Numbered from the stretch's first letter, positions 1-11,598 are shown. The stretch: 64,000 bases of DNA from Gemmatimonadales bacterium (GCA_035602245.1 DATNMO010000020.1:45648-109647), one strand, 5' to 3'. Translations and numbers: made by a program. The notes: generated by a model not told the origin, from the letters alone.

Positions 1-340
1 AGAGGAACAGGGGCGCGGCGAGGACCGTGAGGTGGCCGCGCTGCGCCACGAGGTCGCCGAGCGCCCGCTCGATGAAGCCGAACGTGCCGTTCTCGCCCCC
101 GCTCGCGTAGGGCAGGAACCGCTGCAAGAGCTCGTGGACGTTCAGCGAATGGATCGCGAGCTGATATTGGACGAGGTAGCCGACGACCGCCAGAATGAGC
201 CCGACGAACGGAATGGCGGTGAGGAGGATGTCGAAGGAGAGCGCGCCGGCGAGAAAGGGAATGTTGTCTTCGTAGGCCGCCTCGATGGTACGCCGGATGA
301 CGCCGGTGACCGTGCGATGCCAGCCGCCTTCGCCATTCAC
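1..340 (-). CDS. YihY/virulence factor BrkB family membrane protein (5' part; runs off window)
   Basis: Hand translation from GTG at 340 gives ...RRTIEAAYEDNIPFLAGALSFDILLTAIPFVGLIL..., the typical YihY N-terminus. GTG overlaps the upstream TGA (337-339). Not in the ORF track. Confidence 0.8.
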   Translation of the reverse strand, partial: MNGEGGWHRTVTGVIRRTIEAAYEDNIPFLAGALSFDILLTAIPFVGLILAVVGYLVQYQLAIHSLNVHELLQRFLPYASGGENGTFGFIERALGDLVAQRGHLTVLAAPLFL

Positions 341-669
341 GCGAGGGGCTCGTCCTCCTCCTCTTGCTCGCGGACGGCAGGCCCTTTGCCGCGGCGACGG
401 CGGGCGGCCTGGAGACGGCGCCGCAGCTGCTCGCGCGTGGCGACCTCCGGCTCCTCCTCGACCTCCGCCTCGTCGTCCTCCGCCTCCTCGAGCAGCCCCC
501 GCACCTCATCGACCTTCTCCTCCGCCAGCTCCTTGAGACTGCGCAGCCCTTTGCCCACGCGCTTCCGTGTGTCGCCACCGCCTTCGGGCGCGAACAGGAA
601 GCCGGCTACGGCCCCCAGGACGATCCCGAACAGAAACGCGCCGAAGCCTCCTCCTCCCCGCTCGCTCAT
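337..669 (-). CDS. YtxH-like general stress protein (110 aa)
   Basis: MSERGGGGFGAFLFGIVLGAVAGFLFAPEGGGDTRKR motif followed by an acidic helical tail. ATG at 669 overlaps the aldolase TGA (ATGA). Confidence 0.85.
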   Translation of the reverse strand: MSERGGGGFGAFLFGIVLGAVAGFLFAPEGGGDTRKRVGKGLRSLKELAEEKVDEVRGLLEEAEDDEAEVEEEPEVATREQLRRRLQAARRRRGKGPAVREQEEEDEPLA

Positions 670-2021
670 TCGCCCGCCTCCGCGTCGTCCGGCGCGGCCA
701 CGAGCGCCGCGCGCGGCGCGGCGTGCGACGCCAGCGCCGGCTTGACGTAGCGATCGGTGGCGGCGCGGGTGCCCTTCACCCGCAGCTGCTCGAACAGGAA
801 CGAGAACGTTTTTTCGAGGTCGGCGCCGATGGCCGCGCGCACGTCCGCGGCGAGCTCCCAAAAGCGCTGCTTGAACGGTCCGATCGCCTTCTTGCGGCTC
901 TTGTAGATGAATTGCTCCTCGGAGTCGCCCTTCTTCCAGTCGTCCTTGCACTCGGCCTTGACCCAGGCGTTCACCTCGCGGCGCAGGTCCGCGGGGAGTT
1001 TGGGATGATCAAAGACGAGGTTCTGGAAGTTCGTGGCGAGGTGAATCTCGACCGCCTCGCACGCCGGGAAATGTCCGAAGGCGTCGGCCGGCAGCGTCGA
1101 GGCGCCGTGCTGCACCGCCCCGCCCAGCCCATACTTGGTGCGCGCGTCGTGTGACAGCGCTTTCAACGCCGCGAGGTCGAGCTGGACCTTGGCAATGGAT
1201 CCGTCGGGAAGCACGAGGCCCCCGTGGCTCGTTCCCGTCTGGACCGAGATCTTCGAGATGCCCACCGCCACACCGAGCTGCTGGAGCGTCCGGTTGTAGC
1301 CGTCCATGAACGCCTGCAGCTCGTGTACGTCGGAGTTCTTCCCCCCGACCTCGCCGATTTCCGCCCCCACGGACACGGTGACGTCCTCGGGCTCGCGCTC
1401 GCGAATCAGCTGCGTCAGCTCCGCCGCGCGCTCGTAGTTGGTGCGCTGCTGCTCGTCGAGATTGGGTTTGGAGAGGTCCACGAGCGTGGAGGTATCCACG
1501 TCGATGTTGTAGAAACCGGCGTGCAGCTCTTCTTCGATCAGTGCCCGTAGCGCTCCGACCTCGCCCTCAGGGTCGGCGGCGTACTTCTTGGCGTTGACCT
1601 GGACGTGATCGCCCTGGATGAAGAGTGGGCCCGTGAACCCCTCGCGCAGCGCCGCCGCCGTCATCACCGCGACGTATTCCGCGGGTCGCTGGTCGGTGTA
1701 CGGGATCTCGCTGCGGGCGAGCTCACAGATGACGGCCCCGACGTCGAGCCGCTTCGCCGCCCGGAAGATCGCGCGGCCGGTGTCGTAGGCGAGCATGCGG
1801 ACGTTGATGGCCGGCGTCGTGAACGCCGGCTCCTCGCCGCGCCCCCGGGCCATATACAGCTCGTGGATCGAGGCCGGCCGCACGCCCGCCCGCTGCCCGA
1901 TCTCCCAGATGAGCCAGCGGGCGCGGGTCTTGGCGTCCTCGGTGCCGAACACCGCCTCGCGCACGAGCGCGTCCATCGCGGCGCTCATACGGACTGCGGG
2001 ATCATCGAACTGCTTCAACAT
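666..2021 (-). CDS. fba: Class II fructose-bisphosphate aldolase family protein
   Basis: FIQGDH, GAEIGEVGG, GTSHGG and VQHGAS metal/substrate motifs; GGAGG RBS; co-transcribed with pyk. Confidence 0.75.
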   Translation of the reverse strand: MLKQFDDPAVRMSAAMDALVREAVFGTEDAKTRARWLIWEIGQRAGVRPASIHELYMARGRGEEPAFTTPAINVRMLAYDTGRAIFRAAKRLDVGAVICELARSEIPYTDQRPAEYVAVMTAAALREGFTGPLFIQGDHVQVNAKKYAADPEGEVGALRALIEEELHAGFYNIDVDTSTLVDLSKPNLDEQQRTNYERAAELTQLIREREPEDVTVSVGAEIGEVGGKNSDVHELQAFMDGYNRTLQQLGVAVGISKISVQTGTSHGGLVLPDGSIAKVQLDLAALKALSHDARTKYGLGGAVQHGASTLPADAFGHFPACEAVEIHLATNFQNLVFDHPKLPADLRREVNAWVKAECKDDWKKGDSEEQFIYKSRKKAIGPFKQRFWELAADVRAAIGADLEKTFSFLFEQLRVKGTRAATDRYVKPALASHAAPRAALVAAPDDAEAGE

Positions 2022-2044
2022 ACGAGAGCCTCCCGCCGCGAAAT

Positions 2045-2833
2045 TTATGCCTCGGGTACGTCGATGACTAGTCCGTCGTAGGCCGGCGCGATCCCGGCAG
2101 GCAGCCGCGCCGCCAGGGCGGCGTGCGTCGCTTCGTGCGTCAGGTGCGTGAAGAACGTGCGCCGCGCCCCGATGCGTTGCGCCGCCGCGATCGCTTCGGG
2201 AATCGAGAGGTGCAACGGATGGGGGCGGGACAGCAAGGCGTTGAGCACCAGCACGTGGAGGCCCCCCTCCGCCAGATCGCCCAGGGCGGCGTCGGGAATC
2301 GTCTTCACGTCGGTCAAGTAGGCGACAGGCCCGACGCGATACCCGAAGACACTGTGGTCGCCGTGCGGGAACGACAACGGCACGACGGGGACCCCCACAA
2401 TCAACGCGGGTCTGCCGGGCTCGAGCACGTGCCCCGCAAGCTCCGGCTTGCTCGTGCCAGGCTGCGCCGGGATCGACGGGTCGAAGATATAGGGGAACTT
2501 GGCGGCGAGCTCGGCCATGGTCGCGGCCGATCCGTATGCCGGGAGCATCGCACCCTGACGGACCGACAGCGCCCGCAGGTCGTCGATGCCGTGCACGTGG
2601 TCCGCATGTGCGTGGGTGAAGAGCACCGCGTCCACCCGGTCCACGCCGGCGGCCACGAGCTGCAGCCGCAGCTCTGGCGGCGTGTCGATCAGCAGTCGCT
2701 TTCCCCGCGTTTCAATGAGCGCCCCTGTCCGGGTGCGGCGGTCGCGCGGGTCGGAAGAGGCGCAGGTGGGGCAGTGACAACCGATCTGCGGGACGCCGAA
2801 CGAAGTGCCCGTCCCGAGAAAGGTCAGGCGCAC
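2045..2833 (-). CDS. MBL-fold metallo-hydrolase (PhnP/YcfH-like)
   Basis: LGTGTSFGVPQIGCHC, IDTPPELR, FTHAHADHVHGIDD (HxHxDH), THLTH. Confidence 0.9.
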   Translation of the reverse strand: MRLTFLGTGTSFGVPQIGCHCPTCASSDPRDRRTRTGALIETRGKRLLIDTPPELRLQLVAAGVDRVDAVLFTHAHADHVHGIDDLRALSVRQGAMLPAYGSAATMAELAAKFPYIFDPSIPAQPGTSKPELAGHVLEPGRPALIVGVPVVPLSFPHGDHSVFGYRVGPVAYLTDVKTIPDAALGDLAEGGLHVLVLNALLSRPHPLHLSIPEAIAAAQRIGARRTFFTHLTHEATHAALAARLPAGIAPAYDGLVIDVPEA

Positions 2834-2834
2834 G

Positions 2835-4265
2835 TCACACTTCCTCGACCTTGATGAGGTTTGTGCTGCCGGAGACCTCCCACGGCACGCCGGCAGTCAT
2901 CACGATGCGGTCGCCCGGCTTCGCGAACTGCCGCTTGAGAATGAGGTCCCGCACAACGGCCAGCATCGCGTCGTATCCCGGCACATGGTCCACACGCACC
3001 GGCAGCACGCCCCACACCAGGGCCAGCTGGCGATAGGTCGCGAGCTCCGTCGTAACCGCGAGGATCGGCACCGGCGGCCGCAGGGCGGCCACCTTGCGCG
3101 ACGTAAACCCGCCCTTGGTGAGCGTCACGATGAGCGGCGTCTTGAGCATGCGCGCGACCGCGGCCGTTCCCCAGGCGATCGCGTCCTCGACGGTGACCTC
3201 GCCCTGCCCTCCCCGGACGCGCCGCTCCTCGCGCGCCGGCGGAGGGTGCCGCTCCATTTCGCGGATGATCCGGTCCATCGCCCGCACGGCCTCGACCGGA
3301 TACTTGCCGGTGGCCGTTTCGGCGGAGAGCATCACGGCGTCCGTGCCGTCGAGGATCGCGTTCGCGACGTCCGACGCCTCGGCACGGGTGGGCCGCGGGG
3401 CCTGGACCATCGATTCCAGCATTTGCGTCGCGGTGATCACCGGCTTGCCGAGGCGGTTCGCCTCCCGAATCAACCGCTTCTGCACGAGCGGCACCTGCTC
3501 GAACGGCAGCTCGACGCCGAGGTCACCGCGCGCCACCATGACCGCGTCGCACGCGGCCACGATCCGCTCGAGGTCGTCCAGCGCGGTCGCCTTCTCGATC
3601 TTCGCCACCAGCTTGATCTCCACGGGAACCAGCGCCCGCAGCTCCGCCAGATCCTCCGCCCGTCGCACGAACGACAGCGCGAGGTAGTCGACCCCGCGGC
3701 GCACCGCATCCCGTACGTCCTCGCGGTCCTTCTCGGTGAGCGCCGGCGCCGACACGTGCAGGCCCGGGAGGTTCATGCCCTTGTGTGCCGTGAGAATGCC
3801 CCCGTCCACGACGCGCCCCCGCACGCGGGGCGCGTCCACGACCGTCACCTCGACGGAGAGCAAGCCGTCGTTGAGCAGGATCCGGGAGCCCACGCGGGCG
3901 TCGGTCGCCAGGCCGGCGTAGGTCGTGGGCAGCTCGTCGCCGCGCGCGACCTCTTCGGGGGCGAAGACGACCGATTGGCCCGGAACGAGGTGGCGCGGTG
4001 CAGCGAGGTCGCCGACCCGGATGCGGGGGCCCTGGAGGTCCAGCAGCACGGCGACGGGCAACCCCTTCGCCTCGGCGACACGCCGGACAGCCGCGATCCA
4101 CTCACCTCGGGTCGTCGCGGTCCCGTGGGAAGCATTGATGCGCACGACGTTGGCGCCGGCATCGAGGAGCGCACCGATCTGCGCCTCAGTGCCGGTGGCG
4201 GGCCCCAGCGTCGCCACGATTTTGGTACAGCGGATCGCGGCGCCGCCGTCAGAGCGGTTATCCAC
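2835..4265 (-). CDS. pyk: Pyruvate kinase
   Basis: TKIVATLGPA, LLDLQGPRIR, AKIEK, VMVARGDLGVE, ITATQMLESM, DGTDAVMLSAETA. Confidence 0.97.
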   Translation of the reverse strand: MDNRSDGGAAIRCTKIVATLGPATGTEAQIGALLDAGANVVRINASHGTATTRGEWIAAVRRVAEAKGLPVAVLLDLQGPRIRVGDLAAPRHLVPGQSVVFAPEEVARGDELPTTYAGLATDARVGSRILLNDGLLSVEVTVVDAPRVRGRVVDGGILTAHKGMNLPGLHVSAPALTEKDREDVRDAVRRGVDYLALSFVRRAEDLAELRALVPVEIKLVAKIEKATALDDLERIVAACDAVMVARGDLGVELPFEQVPLVQKRLIREANRLGKPVITATQMLESMVQAPRPTRAEASDVANAILDGTDAVMLSAETATGKYPVEAVRAMDRIIREMERHPPPAREERRVRGGQGEVTVEDAIAWGTAAVARMLKTPLIVTLTKGGFTSRKVAALRPPVPILAVTTELATYRQLALVWGVLPVRVDHVPGYDAMLAVVRDLILKRQFAKPGDRIVMTAGVPWEVSGSTNLIKVEEV

Positions 4266-4477
4266 AAATTCTCAAGCGATGGGAGATGTGGAAAACTAGC
4301 CAGAATGGAACGAGCTGGCCGCGTCGTTCGATTGGCGACAGTGGAGGCCGCCGCGATGGCATTAACCCGTTGGAGACCGCGCGGATATCGCCACGACGTG
4401 AAGCCGCGTGTGAAGTCACAGTGGCGCGGGGCGGGCGAGCCGCTCAATGCATAAAGATTCACACATCTGTATTTGGC

Positions 4478-4939
4478 TCAGCGCACGACCTCGAGCGGCT
4501 TCAGTTCGAGCCGCTGGCGGAGCTCGCGCAGCAGGTGGACCGCCCTTGCCATGGCTGAGGCCGGCATGCCTTCGATCGTGCGGGCTGCAAGCCGCCGTTC
4601 CAGCTGTCCGACGCGCAGCAGGACCTCGAGCCCGTGACGGGTCAGCGTTACCCGCACGCCGCGATCGTCGTCGGGGTCGGTGGAGGTCTCAACGAGGCCT
4701 CTCGTCTCGAGGCGCTGGATGAACGTGGTGGCGGCGGCCCGGGACACGCCCAGCTGGCGCGCCACGTCGCTGGGGCGTGCCCCGTCGGGGCCGCCCAGGT
4801 CCACCGCCGAGAGGGCCGCCTGGGCCCGCTGCGACAAGCCGAAGCTCTTGTAGGCCCGATTACCGGCCCGCTGGATCGCCTGGTGCGCCGCGGCCACCGC
4901 GTCGGTGAGCTGGAGCGCGAGCTCGGAGCGATCAGCCAT
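4478..4939 (-). CDS. MarR family transcriptional regulator
   Basis: wHTH pattern SDVARQLGVSRAAATTFIQRLETRGLV...DDDRGVRVTLT. Confidence 0.9.
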   Translation of the reverse strand: MADRSELALQLTDAVAAAHQAIQRAGNRAYKSFGLSQRAQAALSAVDLGGPDGARPSDVARQLGVSRAAATTFIQRLETRGLVETSTDPDDDRGVRVTLTRHGLEVLLRVGQLERRLAARTIEGMPASAMARAVHLLRELRQRLELKPLEVVR

Positions 4940-4950
4940 CAGCGATTGGT

Positions 4951-4975
4951 TGTTAACATATTGATAATTAACATA
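4951..4975. promoter_or_regulatory. AT-rich inverted/direct repeat, candidate MarR operator and promoter
   Basis: TGTTAA(4951-56)-N11-TTAACA(4968-73); TTAACATA occurs twice (4953, 4968); lies 12 bp upstream of the marR ATG. Confidence 0.5.
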
Positions 4976-5019
4976 CTAAACACATCGCGAGGCCACAAGG
5001 GCCGAGCGCTGACCGCTCG

Positions 5020-5382
5020 TCAGCAGGTCTCCGACCAGTCGACTTTGGATTCCCGCCCGCAGCGGGTGCATTTGATCTTGTCGGGCCTGCCGGAGAACTC
5101 TTGCCGTTCGTGGCAGTGGGGACAGACAGCGTAGGTGGTGACCACATCGTGCCCTCCCCCGAGGGTGGGACGGAGGACCCCCGTCCGCACGACCACACTC
5201 CAGCGCTCCGGGGGCGTGTCGCGGACCGTCACGTCCACGCGACTCAGGCGCACGGGCTTCTCACGCACCTCGATCACCAGCTTCCCGTCGGGCGTCTCCT
5301 CGATGATGGGATACCAGGCGCCGCGACGCAGGACGTCAGCGACGTTGTCCAGGCACCGGGCCCAACCCAGGGGACGGTCCAT
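5020..5382 (-). CDS. Hypothetical protein, beta-rich N-domain plus C-terminal C4 zinc ribbon (paralog 1)
   Basis: GWAR..LRRGAWYP..PPERW..TYAVCPHCHERQ..KCTRC; shares motifs with 6001-6384. Start may instead be TTG 5394. Confidence 0.75.
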   Translation of the reverse strand: MDRPLGWARCLDNVADVLRRGAWYPIIEETPDGKLVIEVREKPVRLSRVDVTVRDTPPERWSVVVRTGVLRPTLGGGHDVVTTYAVCPHCHERQEFSGRPDKIKCTRCGRESKVDWSETC

Positions 5383-5420
5383 GAGGCGGGCCAATGTAGC
5401 ACATCCCGTTAGATTCCGTT

Positions 5421-5999
5421 ATGCGCGCGATTGGAACGATCGATCGGTTGCAGATCCAACGCTCCTCGCTCAAGACGGGCGAGAAGCCGACCCGCGTCTA
5501 CGACCCCGGTCCACTGCTCGCGGTCCCCCGACTCAGGGTGACGCCCGAAGGCGTGCTCGGCGGCGGCAACGACGGCGCCTGGATGGTGGACGTGCATCAC
5601 CGCGCTCACCCCGAGACCAAGAACGAGGACGGCCTCCACGGCGTGTCCCTCGGATTCACCTCCCACTACGCCGCGATGCAGGAGCGGTTCGGCAATCGGG
5701 TCGTGGTCGGGTGCGCCGGCGAGAACATCATCGCGGCGGCCGACCGGCCCTTCACCTACGAGGATCTGGCCGGGGGTGTCGCCATCCTCGCTCCCGGCGG
5801 GCGCGAGCGAGTTCGACTGCGAGTGCTCCAGGTCGCCCACCCGTGCCGCCCATTTACAGGGTGGGCGCTGGGACGACAGGTCGAGCCTGAGGCTCTCAAG
5901 TCCCACCTCCAGTTTTTGGATGGCGGGATGAGGGGCTTCTATTGCGTCGGGGAAGGTGCGGGAACCGTCGAGATCGGCGACCGGCTGGCGTTGCTCTAA
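5421..5999 (+). CDS. MOSC domain-like protein
   Basis: GCAGENII and QVAHPCRPF motifs, G.Y..V...G.V..GD C-terminus; GC3-biased ORF. Confidence 0.65.
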   Translation: MRAIGTIDRLQIQRSSLKTGEKPTRVYDPGPLLAVPRLRVTPEGVLGGGNDGAWMVDVHHRAHPETKNEDGLHGVSLGFTSHYAAMQERFGNRVVVGCAGENIIAAADRPFTYEDLAGGVAILAPGGRERVRLRVLQVAHPCRPFTGWALGRQVEPEALKSHLQFLDGGMRGFYCVGEGAGTVEIGDRLALL

Positions 6000-6000
6000 G

Positions 6001-6384
6001 TCAGCTCAACTCGTCCCACGCCAAGCCCGCCGCCTTGTGGCAGCGGTCGCATGTCATGTCGTTGGCGCGCGCCTCGATGCCCTGGCGGTGGCGGCAGCTC
6101 GGGCACACGGCGTACGTGAGCGGAAAGATCCGGCCGAGCTTTTCGATCACGCGCGGCTCGCAACGCACGATCGTCCAGCGCTCCGGCGGATGGTAGCGGA
6201 TTTCCAGGAAGCGGCGGTCCACCGGCACGTTGTGCCGGTTCACGTCGAGCACGACGATGTTGCTCGAGGAGATCCGCACGACCGGGTACCACGCGCCGCG
6301 GCGAAGCGTGTGCGCGCCCGCCGGGCCAACGCGCGCCCAACCCTTTACCTGCACACGTGTGGGGGTGATGTGGCGCAGTTCCAT
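6001..6384 (-). CDS. Hypothetical protein, beta-rich N-domain plus C-terminal C4 zinc ribbon (paralog 2)
   Basis: GWAR..LRRGAWYP..PPERW..TYAVCPSCRHRQ..TCDRC..W.E. Confidence 0.75.
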   Translation of the reverse strand: MELRHITPTRVQVKGWARVGPAGAHTLRRGAWYPVVRISSSNIVVLDVNRHNVPVDRRFLEIRYHPPERWTIVRCEPRVIEKLGRIFPLTYAVCPSCRHRQGIEARANDMTCDRCHKAAGLAWDELS

Positions 6385-6455
6385 AGCCTCTAGACTACCC
6401 TCGGGGGCGGGAACCCGTCGTGACTGGAGTCACAGCGCCCGCGGTCGGACGAGCC

Positions 6456-8933
6456 TCAGCCACACTCCGAGAAGCCGCACACGTGACATTTTGCACAGCC
6501 CTCGATGAAAGCCAGCTGCGAGCCGCAGTCCGGACAGGCGCCAATGAACTCCTGCTCGGGGCCGCGGGCGGCGCGCAACCCGGCGTCGCCCTCGGGGCCG
6601 CGGACGATCTCGCTCGCCGCCACCGGCGGCGCGGCGGAAGCGGGACCAAGCAGGTCCTGCTGCACGCCCTGCTTCTCCTGCATCCACTTCTCGATGGCGA
6701 TGCCGATCGCGTCGGGCACGGAGAGGACCTTGTGCGGTCCCAGCCCCACCGCACGGTCCGACGAGATGCCGCGGAGCTGGCGGTAGATCTCCTTCAGCGG
6801 GACCCCCGAGCGCAGCGCCAGCGAGATCAACCGGCCGATGGCCTCGACGTCGGCCATCAGCGCGCCGCCCGCCTTGCCCAACGACATGAAGACCTCGAAC
6901 GGCTGGCCCTTGTCGTCCTCGGTAATGGTCACATACATCGTGCCCAGCGGCGACTCGATGCGGCGGGTCGCGCCCTTGAGTAGATCGGGTCGAGAGCGCT
7001 TGGCGCGCCGCTGCAGGTTCTCGGCCTCGACGTCGTGCAGCCGCTCGCGCGTCAAGTGCAGCTCGGTCTCGAGCTCGGCGATGCGGCTGAGCGCCTCGGC
7101 CAGCGCGTCCTTCCCTGCCCCGTTACCGGCCTGCCCCTGCGCCTTCTTGGCGGTGGTGCCGGTAGAGAGCACCTGGTTCTCGCGTGCACCGTCGCGATAC
7201 ACCGTGACGCCCTTGCAACCCAGCTCGTAGGCGTAGCGGTAGATCCGCTCGACGTACTCCTCCGTCGCTGCGTGGGAGAAGTTGCACGTCTTGGAGATCG
7301 CCGAATCGGTGAAATCCTGGAACGCGGCCTGCATCTGGATGTGCCACTCGGGCGTGACGTCGTGCGCCGTCACGAACACGCGCTGCCATTTGGCCGGCAC
7401 CGCATCGAAGTGAATGTGGCCGGCCTCGGCGATCTGCTTCATGAGGGCGTCCGAATACCAGCCCTCGCGCTTGGCGATCGCGACGAAGTCCTCGTTCACA
7501 TCGGGCATCACGACACCGGCCTGGTTGCGCATGAACGCCACGGCGAACAGGGGCTCGATGCCCGAGGAGCAGCCGGCGATGATCGAAATCGTCCCCGTGG
7601 GCGCCACCGTGGTGAGGTTGCAGTTGCGCAGCCGGCGCATCGGGCGGATGCGCTGGCCCCGAGCGTCACGGGCGCAGGTCGCATCCGGCCCCCAGATCGA
7701 GCGTTCCCACTCGGCGAACACGCCGCGTTGCTCGGCCAGCTTCTCGGAAGCGACTTTCGACTCCTCGTCGATGAACTCCATCAGCTTGCGGCCCAGGGCG
7801 ACGCCGGCCTCGGAGTCGTAGGAAATGCCCAACCGCACCAGCAGATCCGCCCAGCCCATGATGCCCAGGCCGATGCGGCGGATACGCTTGGCGAGGTCGT
7901 CGATTTCCGCGAGCGGATACTTGTTCGCGTCGATGACGTTGTCGAGGAAGTGCGTGCACAGGTGCACCGCCGTGCGCAGGCGCTCCCAGTCCACGTCGCC
8001 CCCTCCGTCCTTCACGAACAGGCCGACGTTGATGGACCCGAGGTTGCAGACGTCGTACGGCAGCAGCGGCTGTTCGCCGCAGGGATTGGTCGCCTCGTAG
8101 CTGCCGAGGTGCGGCACGGGGTTGTAGTGGTTGGCGCGATCGATGAAGAACACGCCCGGCTCCCCCGTTTTCCAGGCGCCGTGCACGATCTTGCGGAACA
8201 CTTCGCCGGCGTCGAGCTGGCCCACGACCTTCCCGGTCCGGGGATGGATCAGGTCGTACGCCGTGCCGGCCTCGAGGGCCAGCATGAAGGCATCGGTGAC
8301 ACCCACCGAGATGTTGAAATTCGTCACCTGGGTGAGGTCGTCTTTGCAGGTGATGAAGTCCATGATGTCGGGGTGGTCCACGCGCAAAATCCCCATGTTG
8401 GCGCCGCGCCGGGTGCCGCCCTGTTTGACGACGTCGGTCGATGCGTCATACAGCTTCATGAACGACACGGGCCCGGAGGCAACGCCCATCGTCGAGCGCA
8501 CGACGTCGTTCTTGGGACGCAGCCGGGAGAACGAAAAGCCCGTCCCGCCCCCCGACTGGTGGACCAGCGCCATGGCGCGCAGAGTGTCGTAGATGCCCGA
8601 GCGACCGTTGGAGAGGGCGTCCTCGACCGGCAAGACGAAACACGCCGACAGCTGGCCCAGCGGCCGGCCGGCGTTCATGAGGGTGGGCGAGTTCGGCATC
8701 CACACCCGGGTCGCCATCAGCTCGAAGAACGTTTCGGCGAGGCTCTCCACCGCGCGGTCCGAGGCACCGTAGGCCCGATCGGGGGCGGCGATGGTCCGGG
8801 CCACCCGCCAGAACAGGTCCTCGGGGCGCTCTACCGGCTGGCCGTGGTCGTCCTTGACGAGGTAGCGGCGCTCCAGGACCGTGAGCGCGTTGGCGCTCAG
8901 GTCGAGATGGTCCTTCGAGGTGGAAGCAGTCAT
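6456..8933 (-). CDS. nrdJ: Adenosylcobalamin-dependent (class II) ribonucleotide reductase with C-terminal TSCPD-like domain and zinc ribbon
   Basis: PNSPTLMNAG, GQLSACFV, NPCGEQ, TVAPTGTIS; C-terminal CPDCG..CAKCHVCGFSECG. Confidence 0.95.
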   Translation of the reverse strand: MTASTSKDHLDLSANALTVLERRYLVKDDHGQPVERPEDLFWRVARTIAAPDRAYGASDRAVESLAETFFELMATRVWMPNSPTLMNAGRPLGQLSACFVLPVEDALSNGRSGIYDTLRAMALVHQSGGGTGFSFSRLRPKNDVVRSTMGVASGPVSFMKLYDASTDVVKQGGTRRGANMGILRVDHPDIMDFITCKDDLTQVTNFNISVGVTDAFMLALEAGTAYDLIHPRTGKVVGQLDAGEVFRKIVHGAWKTGEPGVFFIDRANHYNPVPHLGSYEATNPCGEQPLLPYDVCNLGSINVGLFVKDGGGDVDWERLRTAVHLCTHFLDNVIDANKYPLAEIDDLAKRIRRIGLGIMGWADLLVRLGISYDSEAGVALGRKLMEFIDEESKVASEKLAEQRGVFAEWERSIWGPDATCARDARGQRIRPMRRLRNCNLTTVAPTGTISIIAGCSSGIEPLFAVAFMRNQAGVVMPDVNEDFVAIAKREGWYSDALMKQIAEAGHIHFDAVPAKWQRVFVTAHDVTPEWHIQMQAAFQDFTDSAISKTCNFSHAATEEYVERIYRYAYELGCKGVTVYRDGARENQVLSTGTTAKKAQGQAGNGAGKDALAEALSRIAELETELHLTRERLHDVEAENLQRRAKRSRPDLLKGATRRIESPLGTMYVTITEDDKGQPFEVFMSLGKAGGALMADVEAIGRLISLALRSGVPLKEIYRQLRGISSDRAVGLGPHKVLSVPDAIGIAIEKWMQEKQGVQQDLLGPASAAPPVAASEIVRGPEGDAGLRAARGPEQEFIGACPDCGSQLAFIEGCAKCHVCGFSECG

Positions 8934-9619
8934 CCTAGCTCATCCCTTGTCGGTGAGAGCGTCCCGGGTCGCTATGGTGCAAGAGTTGAAATTTACCCTA
9001 CCCGCAGACCCACGAAAACGGCCATTCAATGGCGGAGGGTCAAGGTAGGCCAGCGAGTAGGTGCGGGCAAGTCTCTCAGTGAGTCACGCCGCGGCTTAAT
9101 CCCTGGCAATCAACATCACAAACTTGGTCGCTCGATCGGGAACGAGCCGCGACGATGGCGCTCGGCCTCCGCGACGTAGTGCTCCCAGGTGCTGCGGATG
9201 CGCGCGCGGAGACCATCATCGACGTGACGCACGACACGCGCGGGCACTCCCATGACGAGCGAGCCGGGCGGCACCTGCATCCCCTCCGGGAGAACAGCGC
9301 CCGCCGCCACCACGCTGCCCGTGCCGATGCGCACGTCGTTGAGCAGGATGCTGCCCATGCCGATGAGGCAGTCGTCCTCCACGATGCAAGCGTGCAGGAT
9401 GACCCGATGCCCCACCCCGACCCGCGCCCCGATCAACGCGGGTTTGCCCTCGTCGACATGAACGATCGTCGCGTCCTGAAGGTTCGTGGCTTCGCCGACG
9501 ACGATGGGCGCCATGTCGCCGCGCAGCACCGCCTGATACCACACGCTGGAACGGGGGCCGAGCGTGACGTCGCCGAGCACGATCGCGCCCGGAGCGATGA
9601 ACGCGCTGGGATGGACCTT

Positions 9620-9643
9620 GGGGGAGGGGGAGGGGGAGGGGGA
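9620..9643 (+). repeat. (GGGGGA)x4 microsatellite, G-quadruplex-capable
   Basis: Read directly; encodes SPSPSPSP at the gamma-CA N-terminus. Confidence 0.85.
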
Positions 9644-9648
9644 GCGGA

Positions 9649-11541
<1,893 letters not shown>

Positions 11542-11598
11542 TCCGGTCTCCGAAGAAGCCGGAGTAACTTAGGGTTCGCGTAGAGGACGGTCAACCAA

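Noticed and set aside
4266-4477. Possible ncRNA in the 212-bp gap upstream of pyk
   Set aside because: No recognisable family motif or convincing terminator.
8934-9115. Cobalamin riboswitch or NrdR box upstream of nrdJ
   Set aside because: No recognisable B12-box or conserved core, and no ACACwATATATwGTG-like palindrome by eye. An Rfam scan would be needed to exclude it fully.
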